From positions 64,001-128,000 of the IMG/VR virus record IMGVR_UViG_3300045988_127492: a stretch of DNA of 64,000 nt; one strand, given 5' to 3'. This stretch comes from a virus. This document shows, one piece after another, positions 1 through 10,427 of this stretch. The translations under genes were made by a program, and so were the position numbers. The notes below the pieces were generated by a model. That model was not told the DNA's origin. It worked only from the letters and a program-made list of their open reading frames with translations, and did no database searches. Numbering within the stretch: position 1 is the stretch's first letter; every line of letters starts with the position of its first letter.

Positions 1-1235
1 TTAGCTGCATTCCAATAAATTAGTGGATAATGATACGCTAAATTCATCTCTTGTACTGCAATAGTTGAATAAGCAACAATATGAGGGAGACTAAAGCTAT
101 ATCCAAGCTGTTTTCTTATAACTTCGTTCCATACATAATCAAGCATATTGATTCGTGTACCTATCTCTAATCCATGCTTATAAAATTTATCATGTGCTTC
201 TTTCTGTAGTTTTTTCTTTTTCTTTGCGATACTTTTACGTAAGTAGTTAGCTTCAGTCATAGTAAAATCTGATATGTGTTTATCCATAGATAGTTGCATT
301 ACTTCTTCTTGCATTGTTGCCATGCCATGAACAGATTTTAAGTATTTCTCTATAATCCCTATTTCATTGGCATTTAACTGATATTTTTGTTTCATACATT
401 TGTACCATTCATTGATATTGTTTTTATATCTAACAAAAGTATCAATTGGCTGTTCTTCATCTTCTCCTTGTACCATAAGACGCATGGCAGCATTAGCAGT
501 TCCCAGCTCAGTTAATGATCTAGGCTTAATTGTTTGGATGGCTTTAGCTCCTACTTGAGTCTGAAACTGAAATAAATTTACAATTTCAAGCTTTTCTGCC
601 ATTTTCCACATCTCTTCTGAGTCATAATCCAACACATCAGGATGTAGATACTTATTATAGGTATCTCTTAAAGTGCCTTGCCATTCTATATATCCATATT
701 TGACTAAAAAGTCTAAACATAAATGCATAGCGTCTAAATTCTGAATAGTCAGATAATCAAACTTAAGTCCACCACAATAAGAAGAATTATCCATATCCCA
801 TTGTGTAACAGGTTGTCCATTAGGAGCCTTCATCATTGCATTGTGTTCTAAGTAAGGAGCATCAAATATGATTACTCCACTGGCATGTATTGATCTGCCG
901 CAAACTAGACCTTCTATTGCCATAGCAGTATCTAATAAACCAGGATATTTCTTACATTCATTTAGAAACTCTGTCGCAGGCTTTACATTATCTTCTTCGT
1001 TACCATATTTCATTTCAGTCAAAGAAGCTGTCTTTCCTCTGGTAACCGGAATCATTCCTGCTAAATATTGTGCTATGTCGTTGTCTATTTTCAACCCCCT
1101 AGCAGTTGTGAGAATCGCTGATTTACTTCCTTCTGTTTTAAATGTACAAATGTTAAGTACTTTATCATATCCATATCTTTTTCTTGTTGCTTCTATAATC
1201 CTTTGCCTTTTTGAGGCTTCTGTATCAATATCTAC
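1..1235 (-). CDS. dnaE: DNA polymerase III alpha (C-family, DnaE-type), exon 2; continues past the left edge of the window
   Basis: Reverse translation from 1235 reads VDIDTEASKRQRIIEATRKRYGYDKVLNICTF..., the catalytic DxD palm motif and the block after it. The frame is still open at position 1 (...AVQEMNLAYHYPLIYWNAA). It is missing from the ORF track, consistent with an exon that has no start codon and runs off the window edge. Confidence 0.8.
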
Positions 1236-2492
1236 CGAAATACTTTATGTTTCCATAAGGGCTAGACTATATTTTCACCTTCGTCTTTAGCGGTCAGGTG
1301 TTTCATCTTTCAAGTGGTAGCAATCTCCACCTTACTCTCCTTTGAGATAGTCGTTACACATACATCTTGTATAGCACGGTATTACCACAGCTATCTTACG
1401 AAAGACCTTCAGGTTCTCTTAGTCAGCTTATTCGCCTTTGGACAAATGGCTTATAATTGTCATATAAGCAGTCTTAGTTCACTGATACCGTTAGCAGCTT
1501 ATGCCACACCTCTTTGCAATCAGAGTTTATGAAACTTAACACCAAATATTTCTATTCAGCTCGACCCGTTTTAAAATACTCATTTACTAATAACCTATAT
1601 TTCTGATATTTTCTATTCATATAAGTTGTAGCATGTCCATAAAATCTATAGCACATTTCAATTGTTTGCATCGGACCGCCGATATTGAGCGCAAAAATGT
1701 TATCCTTTCTGTCTTTGTATCTTTTGTCTAATTCTATTTTACTTTTACTAAGATAGTCTTTTAGTCCAATTAAAAACTCTTTCGTGCCAGTAAAGCCAAT
1801 GCAAGCATTAATAACTTTGCCATTCCTTATATCAATGGTTATACTTCCGTCACCATCCAAATAGCCACGTATAAAATCATACTTATATTGTTTCGGTACG
1901 ATAGAATCATCTGGAAAAACAAGTTGTTTGGTTTTTTGTTCGATACATCCTTTTTTAATAAGTTGTTGCGCCATATGTTCACTTGTAACCAATACTCGTC
2001 CATAAACAGTATTTTTCTTATATGAGCTATTAGTACTATATATATTTATAGGTCCGGTAAAATTAATATCTTCTTTAAAAGCTTCCAGTCGTTCTTTATC
2101 TTTAATGCTTAAAGAAAGTCCAACTTTTCTATTTCCACACTTTCTTTTAGACACTATGTATCCATCTGCATATAAGAATCCTAACCAATAAGCTTTATGT
2201 TCATTATCTATCGCATCAAAATAATGTTCATTTACAGAATATTTTAAAGCTTGCTCTCTATCTGTTCTTATATGTATGTTGCTCTCTTTTAATTTTTTAG
2301 AAACAGCTTCTGGAGAAGTTTTAATTTCTTTTGCTATATTTGCTATTGATTTTTTATTATCAACATATTGCTCAATAATGTAATTTACACATTCTTGAGA
2401 CCATATTATTCTATTGTTAGAGGTACGTTTAACTTCCATAAGTATCTACCTCCTTTCTTTAGATTTTTATATGAGTATTTTAAATAAGTTGA
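1236..2492 (-). mobile_element. Group I intron (about 1.26 kb) inside dnaE carrying a LAGLIDADG homing endonuclease ORF
   Basis: The dnaE frame leaves conserved sequence after ...HASRPEMPD (codon at 2493-2495) and resumes at VDIDTE (1235), which restores a PDxDxD motif. The insert has its own SD+ATG ORF in another frame. About 315 nt of G+C-richer ORF-free sequence follows (1236-1551), with an S-element-like AAUAUAGUCUAGC near the 3' end and a G just before exon 2. Splice sites are uncertain by a few nt. Confidence 0.7.
1552..2439 (-). CDS. LAGLIDADG homing endonuclease (two-motif, intron-encoded)
   Basis: 295 aa. Motifs WLGFLYADGYI and IRGYLDGDGSI, N-terminal HTH-like SIANIAKEIKTSPEAV, and SD AAGGAGG 9 nt before the ATG. 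Confidence 0.85.
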   Translation of the reverse strand: MEVKRTSNNRIIWSQECVNYIIEQYVDNKKSIANIAKEIKTSPEAVSKKLKESNIHIRTDREQALKYSVNEHYFDAIDNEHKAYWLGFLYADGYIVSKRKCGNRKVGLSLSIKDKERLEAFKEDINFTGPINIYSTNSSYKKNTVYGRVLVTSEHMAQQLIKKGCIEQKTKQLVFPDDSIVPKQYKYDFIRGYLDGDGSITIDIRNGKVINACIGFTGTKEFLIGLKDYLSKSKIELDKRYKDRKDNIFALNIGGPMQTIEMCYRFYGHATTYMNRKYQKYRLLVNEYFKTGRAE

Positions 2493-3854
2493 ATCTGGCA
2501 TCTCTGGTCTACTGGCATGCAAATGCCTCCACCAAGGGATGTTATATTTTAAAGGATTAATTTGTTGCAAATTTATAAGATATGATATATAAAAAGAAGC
2601 AATAGATCCTCGTGATGGACCAACTAAAGATCCTCCACCATCTTCTGAGTCGTCCCACATCATATTGATAATATCCAATGCTGTAATATAATAAGAAGAA
2701 ACTCTATCATTTAATTTTTCACTGGTTTCCCAGATAGCTCCTAACTCATCATTAATTCTTAACATCATTGATCTTATCTCTTCTTTCGTAAGTGACTCCG
2801 AATATTGCTTTGACCACCATCCATCTTCGATAAGATATAGCAGATATCTATCACTCTTTTCTTTTGAATAAGCAAAATTCTTAATGTAGGGACAAAAATC
2901 ATAAGCTGTTTCAAAAGAGTGGCTCATTGTAAACTCTGGTATTTTAGCCTTAGGTACAATTTGCGTATGATACAAGTCATATTCTTCAACCTTCTCACCA
3001 ATCTCCAAAGAGCACATCAAAGCCTCTTCCACTTCTTCATACCCAAGATAATCCATCCTCTGATGAATTTGTTCATTAGTCATTAGCCAAGTTGATTCAT
3101 AGAAGTCACCTAACTCTCTTTCTTCATCATCGCGGCTATTAAGATAAGCAGCGTGGATTTCTCTATCTTCTTGTTTCAAATAATGGACATCACAAGCAAC
3201 CGTAGCTTTTATTCCTAACTGATGTTTTAGTTTTATAATTTCTCGATTCAGTTTTATCTGTTCTTCTGACAGCCCCGGTTGCATTTCTAAATAGAAATCT
3301 TTGCCAAATAACTGCTGGTTCCATTCGAGAAAAGGCAGGTAATTTTCTCCTGCAAGTAGAGACTTACCTAATTCTCCCCCTAGACATGCTGTTGTTGAAA
3401 TCAGGTGTCCAGGATTAGATTTAACCACACGTTCCAGATCACTCTTCAATGTAGGAACACGTTCCATTCTTCCTGTATAAAAACTATTGTCCCACGCTAA
3501 GGAGCTGAGTTCTCTCAACTGTTTATGACCTACTTCGTCTTTAGCCAAAAGAATGTAATGATAAAATGGTGATTCACAGGATTTCTTACCGTCTTCTGTT
3601 ACATATAATTTATCAATAAGATAAATTTCATTACCAAGGATACCTTTGAAATCCTCCGGTAATTCACCGGAAGACTTCATGGCTTTAATTGTTTGAATAA
3701 ATCTCACATGACCAGATACAGATTCATGGTCAGTGATAGCAACTCCTGAAAGTCCAAGAGATGCTGCTTGTTTTATTAATTGAGGTACTTTTACAATACA
3801 ATCCAACATACGAAGCTGACTAAATTCTGTATGTGCATGTGTCTCTATTCTCAC
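2493..3854 (-). CDS. dnaE: DNA polymerase III alpha, exon 1 (PHP domain and N-terminal palm)
   Basis: MRIETHAHTEFS...AITDHESVSGHVRF is a PHP domain; ...GPSRGSIASFYISYLINLQQINPLKYNIPWWRHLHASRPEMPD matches the region before the catalytic aspartates. The last 28 codons of the track ORF (2406-2492) are read-through into the intron. Confidence 0.85.
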
Positions 3855-4840
3855 TAGAACACCAACTTTCTCTTAGTATCTTTCTTTATTTCTTGTCCAT
3901 AAGGATTAAGTACTGCAAATGATTTCTTTTCAGGTGTCCACAAGCTATGATACTGACATAAACCAGCAAACTTAGGATCAGCATTTGGGGAAGTGCTGTG
4001 AAATGGGCACCAATAACATAATGGTGTTGGTTTAGGTGGATACTCACCTTTACCTTCCATTTCATCCATTTCGTTTAAAACCTTGTCCAGTTTCTTAATT
4101 CCTCTATTAAGATAGCCTTTAGTACATACTCCTTCGTCTGCTCCTTGGATAGCATCTATAAGGATAAAGTCATATACATGATCTGCAGCGGGCTGTCCAT
4201 ATAAGTAGATACATGCCAGGTCGTAAATCACATGTTGCATAGGTGTTTTTATGTCTGCATTTCTAAATACAGCTTTCGATGATTTGTAATCAGTAATTCG
4301 CAACTGTTCTTTTGCATTCTTGTCCACTCTATCAATAAAACCATGTATAATAACTCTATCGTCGTACACAAATTCAAATCTCTGTTCTACTGCTACAGGA
4401 GTCCACTCTTTACTATCAATCCTGGATGGTAATACTTTGTTATAAAAAATATCCATCTTCTCTGAATAGTTCATACCAGACTTACTGTCAGCAGTAAAAA
4501 ACTCATCAAAATATTTCTTTTTAAGGTCTTTTATACCGAGAATGTGATTATCCGACTTCTCATCAGTCTCTAAATAGCCCTCTTCTGTAATACTTTTAAG
4601 GTAATCATAATCCACTGTCTTGCCTTCCATTATCATTCTTCCTTTAAGCTCTAATGCTTTATGTAAAATAGAACCAATTTCCATAGGAAGTGATGATTTG
4701 CGTGAAAAATTCTTGTCCACGTATTTTAATTTGTGGCTTAATGGGCAGTGATCAAAGTTACTCTCTTTACTGTAGGAGAGATAAGGTAATCCCCTATCCA
4801 CCTCAGTTACTTGTCGGATTTTCTGACTGAATTCAGTCAA
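3854..4840 (-). CDS. PD-(D/E)XK nuclease, Cas4/RecB-like with Fe-S cysteines
   Basis: 328 aa. GFIDRVD...ITDYKSSK core; N-terminal Cys (DHCPLSH) plus C-terminal CYWCPF...C, as in Cas4/AddB nuclease domains. Confidence 0.6.
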   Translation of the reverse strand: MTEFSQKIRQVTEVDRGLPYLSYSKESNFDHCPLSHKLKYVDKNFSRKSSLPMEIGSILHKALELKGRMIMEGKTVDYDYLKSITEEGYLETDEKSDNHILGIKDLKKKYFDEFFTADSKSGMNYSEKMDIFYNKVLPSRIDSKEWTPVAVEQRFEFVYDDRVIIHGFIDRVDKNAKEQLRITDYKSSKAVFRNADIKTPMQHVIYDLACIYLYGQPAADHVYDFILIDAIQGADEGVCTKGYLNRGIKKLDKVLNEMDEMEGKGEYPPKPTPLCYWCPFHSTSPNADPKFAGLCQYHSLWTPEKKSFAVLNPYGQEIKKDTKRKLVF

Positions 4841-4851
4841 TCAATGCCTTT

Positions 4852-5988
4852 CTATACATAATACGTTCCCTCCAACGCGATATCTTCCATAGTTATTTCT
4901 ACTTTGTTATCAAGTAGTTTTAATAGTGTTTCTTTGCCTTTATCGGTAGGCGCATCTTTGTAATCTAACAGTCCATCCTTATCCCATAAGATTGACACTT
5001 TACAGTAAGGAATAAGTGGACGTATCTTTTTAAATAATTTATTTTTATACAACTCACCGTCCCATCCATACGGATCTTTGTATTCTTTGTCAAAGCCTAA
5101 AATCAATTCTTCTATCTTCAAATAATCAAGTAATAGTTTGATTTGTTCATCTGAAATTTCACTGCCGCATACAGCTAAAGAAAAGTCATTGTCTCCAAAA
5201 TATGAATGATTCTGCATAACGCCTTTCTCAGACTCAAGTAGTAAGCACTTTCTGCAAGCCTTAATCTTGTTCTGATTAATATGAATACCATAAAGATTAT
5301 GTGATAGTTTATGACTCAGAAATTTTCCTTCTATATAAAGAGGCACATATTTTCCAATGTTTTCTACATCCTCTTCATCAAGATATCTTCCTCTTATACC
5401 AATAAGATTTTGATATCTATCTCTATGAGGAATGACTATCTGATTCGTATTACCCCAATAGGATATTTCAAATGTAGATAGTGTTTCTCTGGAGATATGA
5501 TCGTTCAAGAATACTTCATGCGGGGTATATTCAAACATTTCTAGTACATGTTCATCTATAGGCTCACAATCTGTAATATCTTTGGCTTTATTTTTACCAA
5601 ACTTCTTGAGCCACGACATATCACATATATGTTTTGGCTTTTCAATATGCTCTACAGCTTTCATATCTATTTGATTAGCAACATAAGAAACTGCCTGGTA
5701 CCATGTATAAGTAACTCCCTGCGTTCTCTTAGCTCTAATCACTAATTCAAAAATAGAGAATGATTCGCTACAAGACGTGTAGCAATGAAATGTTCTACCG
5801 GAATATTTGTCTGTCGGCTCATGATAGTAATAAAGCTTATAACTATCTCCACCATGACAAACTGTTTGAAAAATTAGATTTCCAGATGAATCTGTCCTAT
5901 ATCCATTAGATCCTAAACCAGTGACTATTTTGATTACTTGTTCTTTTGTAAGAGCCTTTAATATTGCATTTTTATCATAATAGGGCAT
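4852..5988 (-). CDS. DnaG-like DNA primase (CHC2 zinc finger + Toprim-like)
   Basis: 378 aa. VCHGGDS...FHCYTSC zinc-finger pattern, acidic Toprim-like LLLESEKGV and ILGFDKE, and a position next to the helicase. Confidence 0.5.
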   Translation of the reverse strand: MPYYDKNAILKALTKEQVIKIVTGLGSNGYRTDSSGNLIFQTVCHGGDSYKLYYYHEPTDKYSGRTFHCYTSCSESFSIFELVIRAKRTQGVTYTWYQAVSYVANQIDMKAVEHIEKPKHICDMSWLKKFGKNKAKDITDCEPIDEHVLEMFEYTPHEVFLNDHISRETLSTFEISYWGNTNQIVIPHRDRYQNLIGIRGRYLDEEDVENIGKYVPLYIEGKFLSHKLSHNLYGIHINQNKIKACRKCLLLESEKGVMQNHSYFGDNDFSLAVCGSEISDEQIKLLLDYLKIEELILGFDKEYKDPYGWDGELYKNKLFKKIRPLIPYCKVSILWDKDGLLDYKDAPTDKGKETLLKLLDNKVEITMEDIALEGTYYV

Positions 5989-5997
5989 TTATCTCAC

Positions 5998-7614
5998 CTA
6001 AAAATCAAATGGTAAGGCCCCAAATAAAGTGCTCGTAGCTTCCTGTTGCTCATCATCAGTAATCTGGATATCATCAAGGCTCTCAGAATGTTCCTCAATT
6101 ACCTTTTCAATTTGAGCTACCGCTACTTCCGTTTCAATTAGGTTGTAATAGTTGTCTGTGATAAATAAATCTTTCGTTCTGCCAGTAGATAAATCAGCAT
6201 ATTGCCATAAACGAATTTTTGTCAGCTTTCCTCTTCGAACTTTGTAGATGTGTCTTACAAGATTAGGTGTTGGAACTCCATACATATTATGCATAAGTTT
6301 CTTTACGCACTCTAGCTCCGCACTCGATGGTCTCAATGAGATTTCACCTAAGTCAATTCTATCAGCCAAAGATTTTGCTCCTCGAAGCATTGTTTCATCT
6401 TTAATCTGACTATCTTTGTATGTTCCATTTAGCTGTGTCATCGTCAGAATAAAAATACCTAATTTCATAGCTAAATTTTTGAGAGTATCCATAAATAAGA
6501 ATAATGTCTGATCCTCTCTCAGTTTCATTCCCTTACTCATAGAAGCAACTTCTGCAATCAATTTAGCTGACATATGTATGTAATCGAATACGAAATAATG
6601 GCATCCTTTTTCTCTTTTATAGGTCTTTATGATATTTGATATATCTTCTATACCAAAATCATTTATAATCTCTATATACAAAGGATATGTAGAGATATAT
6701 TCAATAGCTTTATCTACTCGCTCCTCTTCGTCTCCTTCATATTCACCATCAAGAATCTTGTTCTCTGGAACTCCGGAAACGTATGCCATAATAATTGTCT
6801 GTACTTCATCTTCCTCTAACTCGGTAGAGATAAATAATGATGGTTCTTCACATCCGGTGTATATCCATTCTTTTTTATCTGTATCGTAGAAATAAGGAAT
6901 TGAAATATTACAAATATCTGCCAAAGCAGTTCTGGTTTTACCACCACCACTGTCTGCTGAACGAAGATAAACCTTTTTTAGTCTAGCTCCTCTGGCGATA
7001 GTAGTCATCATTGGACTTTGTAGAGGAATGCCAAACTCCGGTTCCTCTTTTAATCTTTCTTTCAACTCTTTCATTCCCTTACCAGCAAGCTGACCTCTTC
7101 TGGAAGAATCCATTCCATAAAGCATTTTAGCTTTTGTAATAAGTAAATCCTCTTCTTCCAGAATCATGTCATTTATTGAAGTCGCATCTAACTTAGCTGC
7201 TTGCTGCTCTTGTCTACTAGGGTCAATGATTGACTGATCGTAGATGTTTCTTATATCTACCCCACATGAATCCCAGTATCTCAAGAGACTGAATTTTTTC
7301 AAACGTTCAAGGTAATAACTGAAATTGTCCAACTCTGCCAATCGAATAGCATCATCACAATAATCAATCCCCTGATTGTCATTGAAAATCTTATATTGTT
7401 TCTCGTATCTTGAAAGAAAGCTATCTATAGCGAATGTATCTATAACCTCTACACCTTGGTTGTAGAGATTATATACACATGAAAACAATATTGCATAAAA
7501 CTGTTCTTCTTCAAAGTCGTATTGTGTAAGTGTATACTCTTCCAAAAGGGAAGGTTTTTTCATAATACATCCTAAACATTGAAGAGTGGCATGTTTGTCA
7601 ATTAGCATATTCAC
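5998..7614 (-). CDS. DnaB-family replicative helicase
   Basis: 538 aa. N-terminal DnaB-like LQCLGCIMKKPSLL, Walker A SGGGKT, Walker B FVFDYIHM. Confidence 0.75.
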   Translation of the reverse strand: MNMLIDKHATLQCLGCIMKKPSLLEEYTLTQYDFEEEQFYAILFSCVYNLYNQGVEVIDTFAIDSFLSRYEKQYKIFNDNQGIDYCDDAIRLAELDNFSYYLERLKKFSLLRYWDSCGVDIRNIYDQSIIDPSRQEQQAAKLDATSINDMILEEEDLLITKAKMLYGMDSSRRGQLAGKGMKELKERLKEEPEFGIPLQSPMMTTIARGARLKKVYLRSADSGGGKTRTALADICNISIPYFYDTDKKEWIYTGCEEPSLFISTELEEDEVQTIIMAYVSGVPENKILDGEYEGDEEERVDKAIEYISTYPLYIEIINDFGIEDISNIIKTYKREKGCHYFVFDYIHMSAKLIAEVASMSKGMKLREDQTLFLFMDTLKNLAMKLGIFILTMTQLNGTYKDSQIKDETMLRGAKSLADRIDLGEISLRPSSAELECVKKLMHNMYGVPTPNLVRHIYKVRRGKLTKIRLWQYADLSTGRTKDLFITDNYYNLIETEVAVAQIEKVIEEHSESLDDIQITDDEQQEATSTLFGALPFDF

Positions 7615-8204
7615 TCTCCTATTTTGCTTATGTCAATCAAATCTACGTCTTTCTTTTTAGGTGATACTTTTATATATTTCTTCTTATACAGCTTATCCAA
7701 GCTTACTTTTGAAGACTCTATACTATCTAATTGGGTATAGAATGCTTGAGCCTGATCATAATACCAAGGGATCAATCCAACAATATCACTATCTTCCTCT
7801 TTCCTGACCTCTAATCCAACTATAGAAAAGCAGTAGTCTAAGGTCTGTTCCATTCCTTCCCAAGTAAACTCTTCGTACATTTTCTTATACTTATAAGCTA
7901 TTGCTGAACTTTTAGCTGTACATTTTCCCTGTATCTGTTCCACTTTATTAAAAAATTTCTCAGCAGCTTGCGCTTCTGATTCTGGTACTGCTTCTGGGAT
8001 TGTGGGGAGAGCACTTTGTTTCAGCGCTCTCTCATATTGTTCCCTTTGTTTTTTAGTCAGCTTATCATTCTCGATTTTCTCTTTTTCTTTCTTGATTTTT
8101 TTATCAAGACAAGCTTTATGGTAGTATCTCGTTTTTATATGAATAGCTTTAGAAGCAAGTACATTTTTATGGCATACAGGGCAAATATACATTGCCCTTG
8201 GCAT
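7611..8204 (-). CDS. hypothetical protein, N-terminal zinc-finger-like, Lys/Glu-rich
   Basis: 197 aa. CPVCHK...YHKAC. ATGA-type overlaps at both ends. Confidence 0.5.
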   Translation of the reverse strand: MPRAMYICPVCHKNVLASKAIHIKTRYYHKACLDKKIKKEKEKIENDKLTKKQREQYERALKQSALPTIPEAVPESEAQAAEKFFNKVEQIQGKCTAKSSAIAYKYKKMYEEFTWEGMEQTLDYCFSIVGLEVRKEEDSDIVGLIPWYYDQAQAFYTQLDSIESSKVSLDKLYKKKYIKVSPKKKDVDLIDISKIGE

Positions 8205-9202
8205 CAGGCAACTCCTAATTCAGCGCAAGCATCTTTGATGTCTTCGAGAATAATGCTCATAGCCTCAGTCTGCTTTTTAGTACACTGAGATACTTTCTTT
8301 CCAACACCAAGAGTCTGTTCTACAATGTCTGTCAGTGTTTCCATGTGATCAGAAGTTGCTAATTTTCCTCCCCAAACAGCAATTTCTTCCTGAAGCTGTT
8401 CAAAGGACATAGTTTCTTTCTCTTCGTACATGGACTGCTGCTCATCATAAGATACAGATTTAATACCATCTGCTTCTTCCTGTTTAGTAATTGCATCAGA
8501 GATTGCCTTCTCTAAATTGTCTGCTGTAAATTCTTCAATCTTCGTTACCATGAAGTCATATCTTGAACGAGCGAAAAATTTATCAGTCTGTGCAAAATAG
8601 GCGGAAGATTTAATCACATGACCTTCCTCATCTACGCCGTTCGGTTCAAGATAGGCTACTACATCGCAGTTGTCTACGATTGGCTTAATGCAACGTTTGT
8701 CTCCTTTTGGCTGAATAAAGCCATCTTTTTCGTCTGCATGAGCAACGAATACTACTGTATACCCAGAGGTTACTAATTTCTGAATCTGCTCCCAATAAAT
8801 ACGTTCATAAATCTGATAAAGATTTACTTTACTGTTTTCATTGGCTCCGAGAGAAATGCATCCTCCACCGTATGTATCACATACGAATTTCTGGCAAAAC
8901 AGGGATGAAGCATATACTTCGTCAATAACGATGGTAGAATAAATTGCTTTAGCTCTTTCTACTGTCTTAGGATCGGTAAGCTCTTTGATGTACTTAGTGA
9001 ACATTCTCCAGTTATTAATCATTTTATGTTTAACCCCTGCCTGGGCACCCAATCCATTTTCACACATGAAGAACAAAGCATTCTTCATTTTTGCGCAGTT
9101 ATAAGTTTTACCTGTGTTATTGGTTCCATAGAGCATAATTACTTTTCCTTCAAGACCATGTGCTACAACACTTACTTCTGGTTCAAAAATACTATCTGTC
9201 AT
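8204..9202 (-). CDS. P-loop ATPase, Sak4/AAA_24-like (RecA-fold recombination/annealing helper)
   Basis: 332 aa. Walker A GTNNTGKT, hydrophobic strand + D (IVIDEVY), acidic C-terminal region. Lies in the replication module. Confidence 0.45.
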   Translation of the reverse strand: MTDSIFEPEVSVVAHGLEGKVIMLYGTNNTGKTYNCAKMKNALFFMCENGLGAQAGVKHKMINNWRMFTKYIKELTDPKTVERAKAIYSTIVIDEVYASSLFCQKFVCDTYGGGCISLGANENSKVNLYQIYERIYWEQIQKLVTSGYTVVFVAHADEKDGFIQPKGDKRCIKPIVDNCDVVAYLEPNGVDEEGHVIKSSAYFAQTDKFFARSRYDFMVTKIEEFTADNLEKAISDAITKQEEADGIKSVSYDEQQSMYEEKETMSFEQLQEEIAVWGGKLATSDHMETLTDIVEQTLGVGKKVSQCTKKQTEAMSIILEDIKDACAELGVA

Positions 9203-9231
9203 GTATAGTCTCCTTTATATTTGTTCTTTTA

Positions 9232-9264
9232 GGTTTTACAAAATGGTTTATAGAATTAAAAATT
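9232..9264 (-). promoter_or_regulatory. Copy a of a conserved intergenic motif (sense TATAAACCATTTTGTAAAACC preceded by AATTTTTAA)
   Basis: The same 21-nt core recurs at 35945, 37570 and 37660, always just upstream of a minus-strand gene start. Confidence 0.5.
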
Positions 9265-10176
9265 AGGAAGTTTCGGTCTAGCTTTAGTTGTTGCAGCAGA
9301 GTTTCCTGTCTCTGGCTGTTTAGCTTTTGCTTTCTCTTCTTCCAGACGAACTTCTCTATCAGTAATTGCCTGAGAAATTGCACTAAGATCATATGGTTCT
9401 GGAGTCGGTGTTTCACTATCTTCACCATATGCATCAGATGCATTGGTAATAATCATTTCGTTTTTGTAAATAGTTTTCTTTTCGAATCTTGGTTTTCCAA
9501 TTTTTACAGGAATCTCTTTTGTGATTTCTGCACGACTATTTACAATATCGCCATAGAATTTAACAGTCTGATTCGGTGCATAATCATCTAAGATTGCTTC
9601 TGCAATTCCATCTTCTGCCGGAGCAATCAGAGTCATTGGTTCAATACCTGAGTATGTAGGAACCCATCCTTTTACAACAACTCTACCTGTCTCTTCTCCT
9701 CTATTTTCACCAGTTGTATAAAGCTCTGGAGTAATAGAAGCAATTGCCATTTCTATTTCAAACCAAGCGTGAGGCTCAAATTTCTCTGGATCTCCATCAT
9801 AACGATTGAAGAACATTGTCTGATAAGAAACACCCACATGTACCTGTTTGTCTCTCCCAACATAGGAACGAGGTCTAATCTGTCCATTAGTAACAATTAC
9901 TCTTGTAGCAGCATCTTTACCAACTTTAGCAATAGATTGATATTCTCTCATTACTGTTTCAATTCCTGCATAGCAACCATTATCTGTACCATCATTCTTT
10001 TTCTCATTGACGTACTCTCTAAAAGTTACAAAGTTAATATCTCCTGTCTGTATAGTAATATCTCCACTAATAACTTTTTTCCCGTCTCTCACTGACTCTT
10101 CCAGTGTGTTTTCGCTTACAATACCAACTACTTCTACTTTTGAATCTGCCTGTCTTAAGTTTGTTTTTTCGTTCAT
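9256..10176 (-). CDS. hypothetical protein, possible ssDNA-binding protein
   Basis: 306 aa. Called only from its position between replication/recombination genes and a C-terminal tail ending LPNF. No firm motif. Confidence 0.3.
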   Translation of the reverse strand: MNEKTNLRQADSKVEVVGIVSENTLEESVRDGKKVISGDITIQTGDINFVTFREYVNEKKNDGTDNGCYAGIETVMREYQSIAKVGKDAATRVIVTNGQIRPRSYVGRDKQVHVGVSYQTMFFNRYDGDPEKFEPHAWFEIEMAIASITPELYTTGENRGEETGRVVVKGWVPTYSGIEPMTLIAPAEDGIAEAILDDYAPNQTVKFYGDIVNSRAEITKEIPVKIGKPRFEKKTIYKNEMIITNASDAYGEDSETPTPEPYDLSAISQAITDREVRLEEEKAKAKQPETGNSAATTKARPKLPNF

Positions 10177-10242
10177 AAATAATGTCTCCTCTTTATAAAT
10201 AATATTATTTGGTATATTGATAAGCGTTCATAGTTGAACGAC

Positions 10243-10416
10243 TTATTCACTAAATCTCATGCTGATCTCATCTAAGTATTTTTCATCTGATGGATTAGCA
10301 AATCTAATAATTGTATATGTACCTCTGCACTCTGGACATTTATTATTTTTTCTTTCACTCCATTCAAATACTGAAGCACAACGAGTGCACTGGCATAATG
10401 TTGTTCTTGTCTCCAT
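10243..10416 (-). CDS. small zinc-ribbon protein (57 aa, below ORF-track cutoff)
   Basis: My translation: METRTTLCQCTRCASVFEWSERKNNKCPECRGTYTIIRF..., with CxC..C and CPEC pairs. It fills the gap between flanking genes. Confidence 0.5.
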   Translation of the reverse strand: METRTTLCQCTRCASVFEWSERKNNKCPECRGTYTIIRFANPSDEKYLDEISMRFSE

Positions 10417-10427
10417 CTCAAGCCCCC

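Noticed and set aside
868-1532. Plus-strand ORFs 868-1290 and 1314-1532
   Set aside because: They lie antisense to dnaE exon 2 and to the intron core, and have Leu/Ser/Phe/Ile-rich shadow composition with no SD. The minus-strand reading has clear polymerase motifs.
2406-2492. Last 28 codons of track ORF 2406-3854 (STYLKYSYKNLKKGGRYLWKLNVPLTIE)
   Set aside because: The sequence leaves the conserved DnaE pattern exactly at the PD of PDxDxD and overlaps the endonuclease start. I interpret it as read-through into the intron, not protein.
1236-2492. Intein explanation for the dnaE interruption
   Set aside because: The LAGLIDADG ORF is in a different frame with its own SD/ATG and stop. About 315 nt of untranslated sequence follows, and no Hint-domain junction residues are present.
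9160-9591. Plus-strand and alternative-frame ORFs nested in coding genes (for example 9160-9591, 9192-9443, 14932-15171, 14949-15269, 20041-20409, 21485-21673, 21619-21984, 40218-40673, 40879-41367, 53221-53475, 56221-56619, 61570-61794, 62083-62265, 62702-62905, 63329-63520)
   Set aside because: All lie entirely inside longer ORFs that have recognisable motifs or proper SD/coupling. They show low-complexity composition typical of AT-rich shadow frames.
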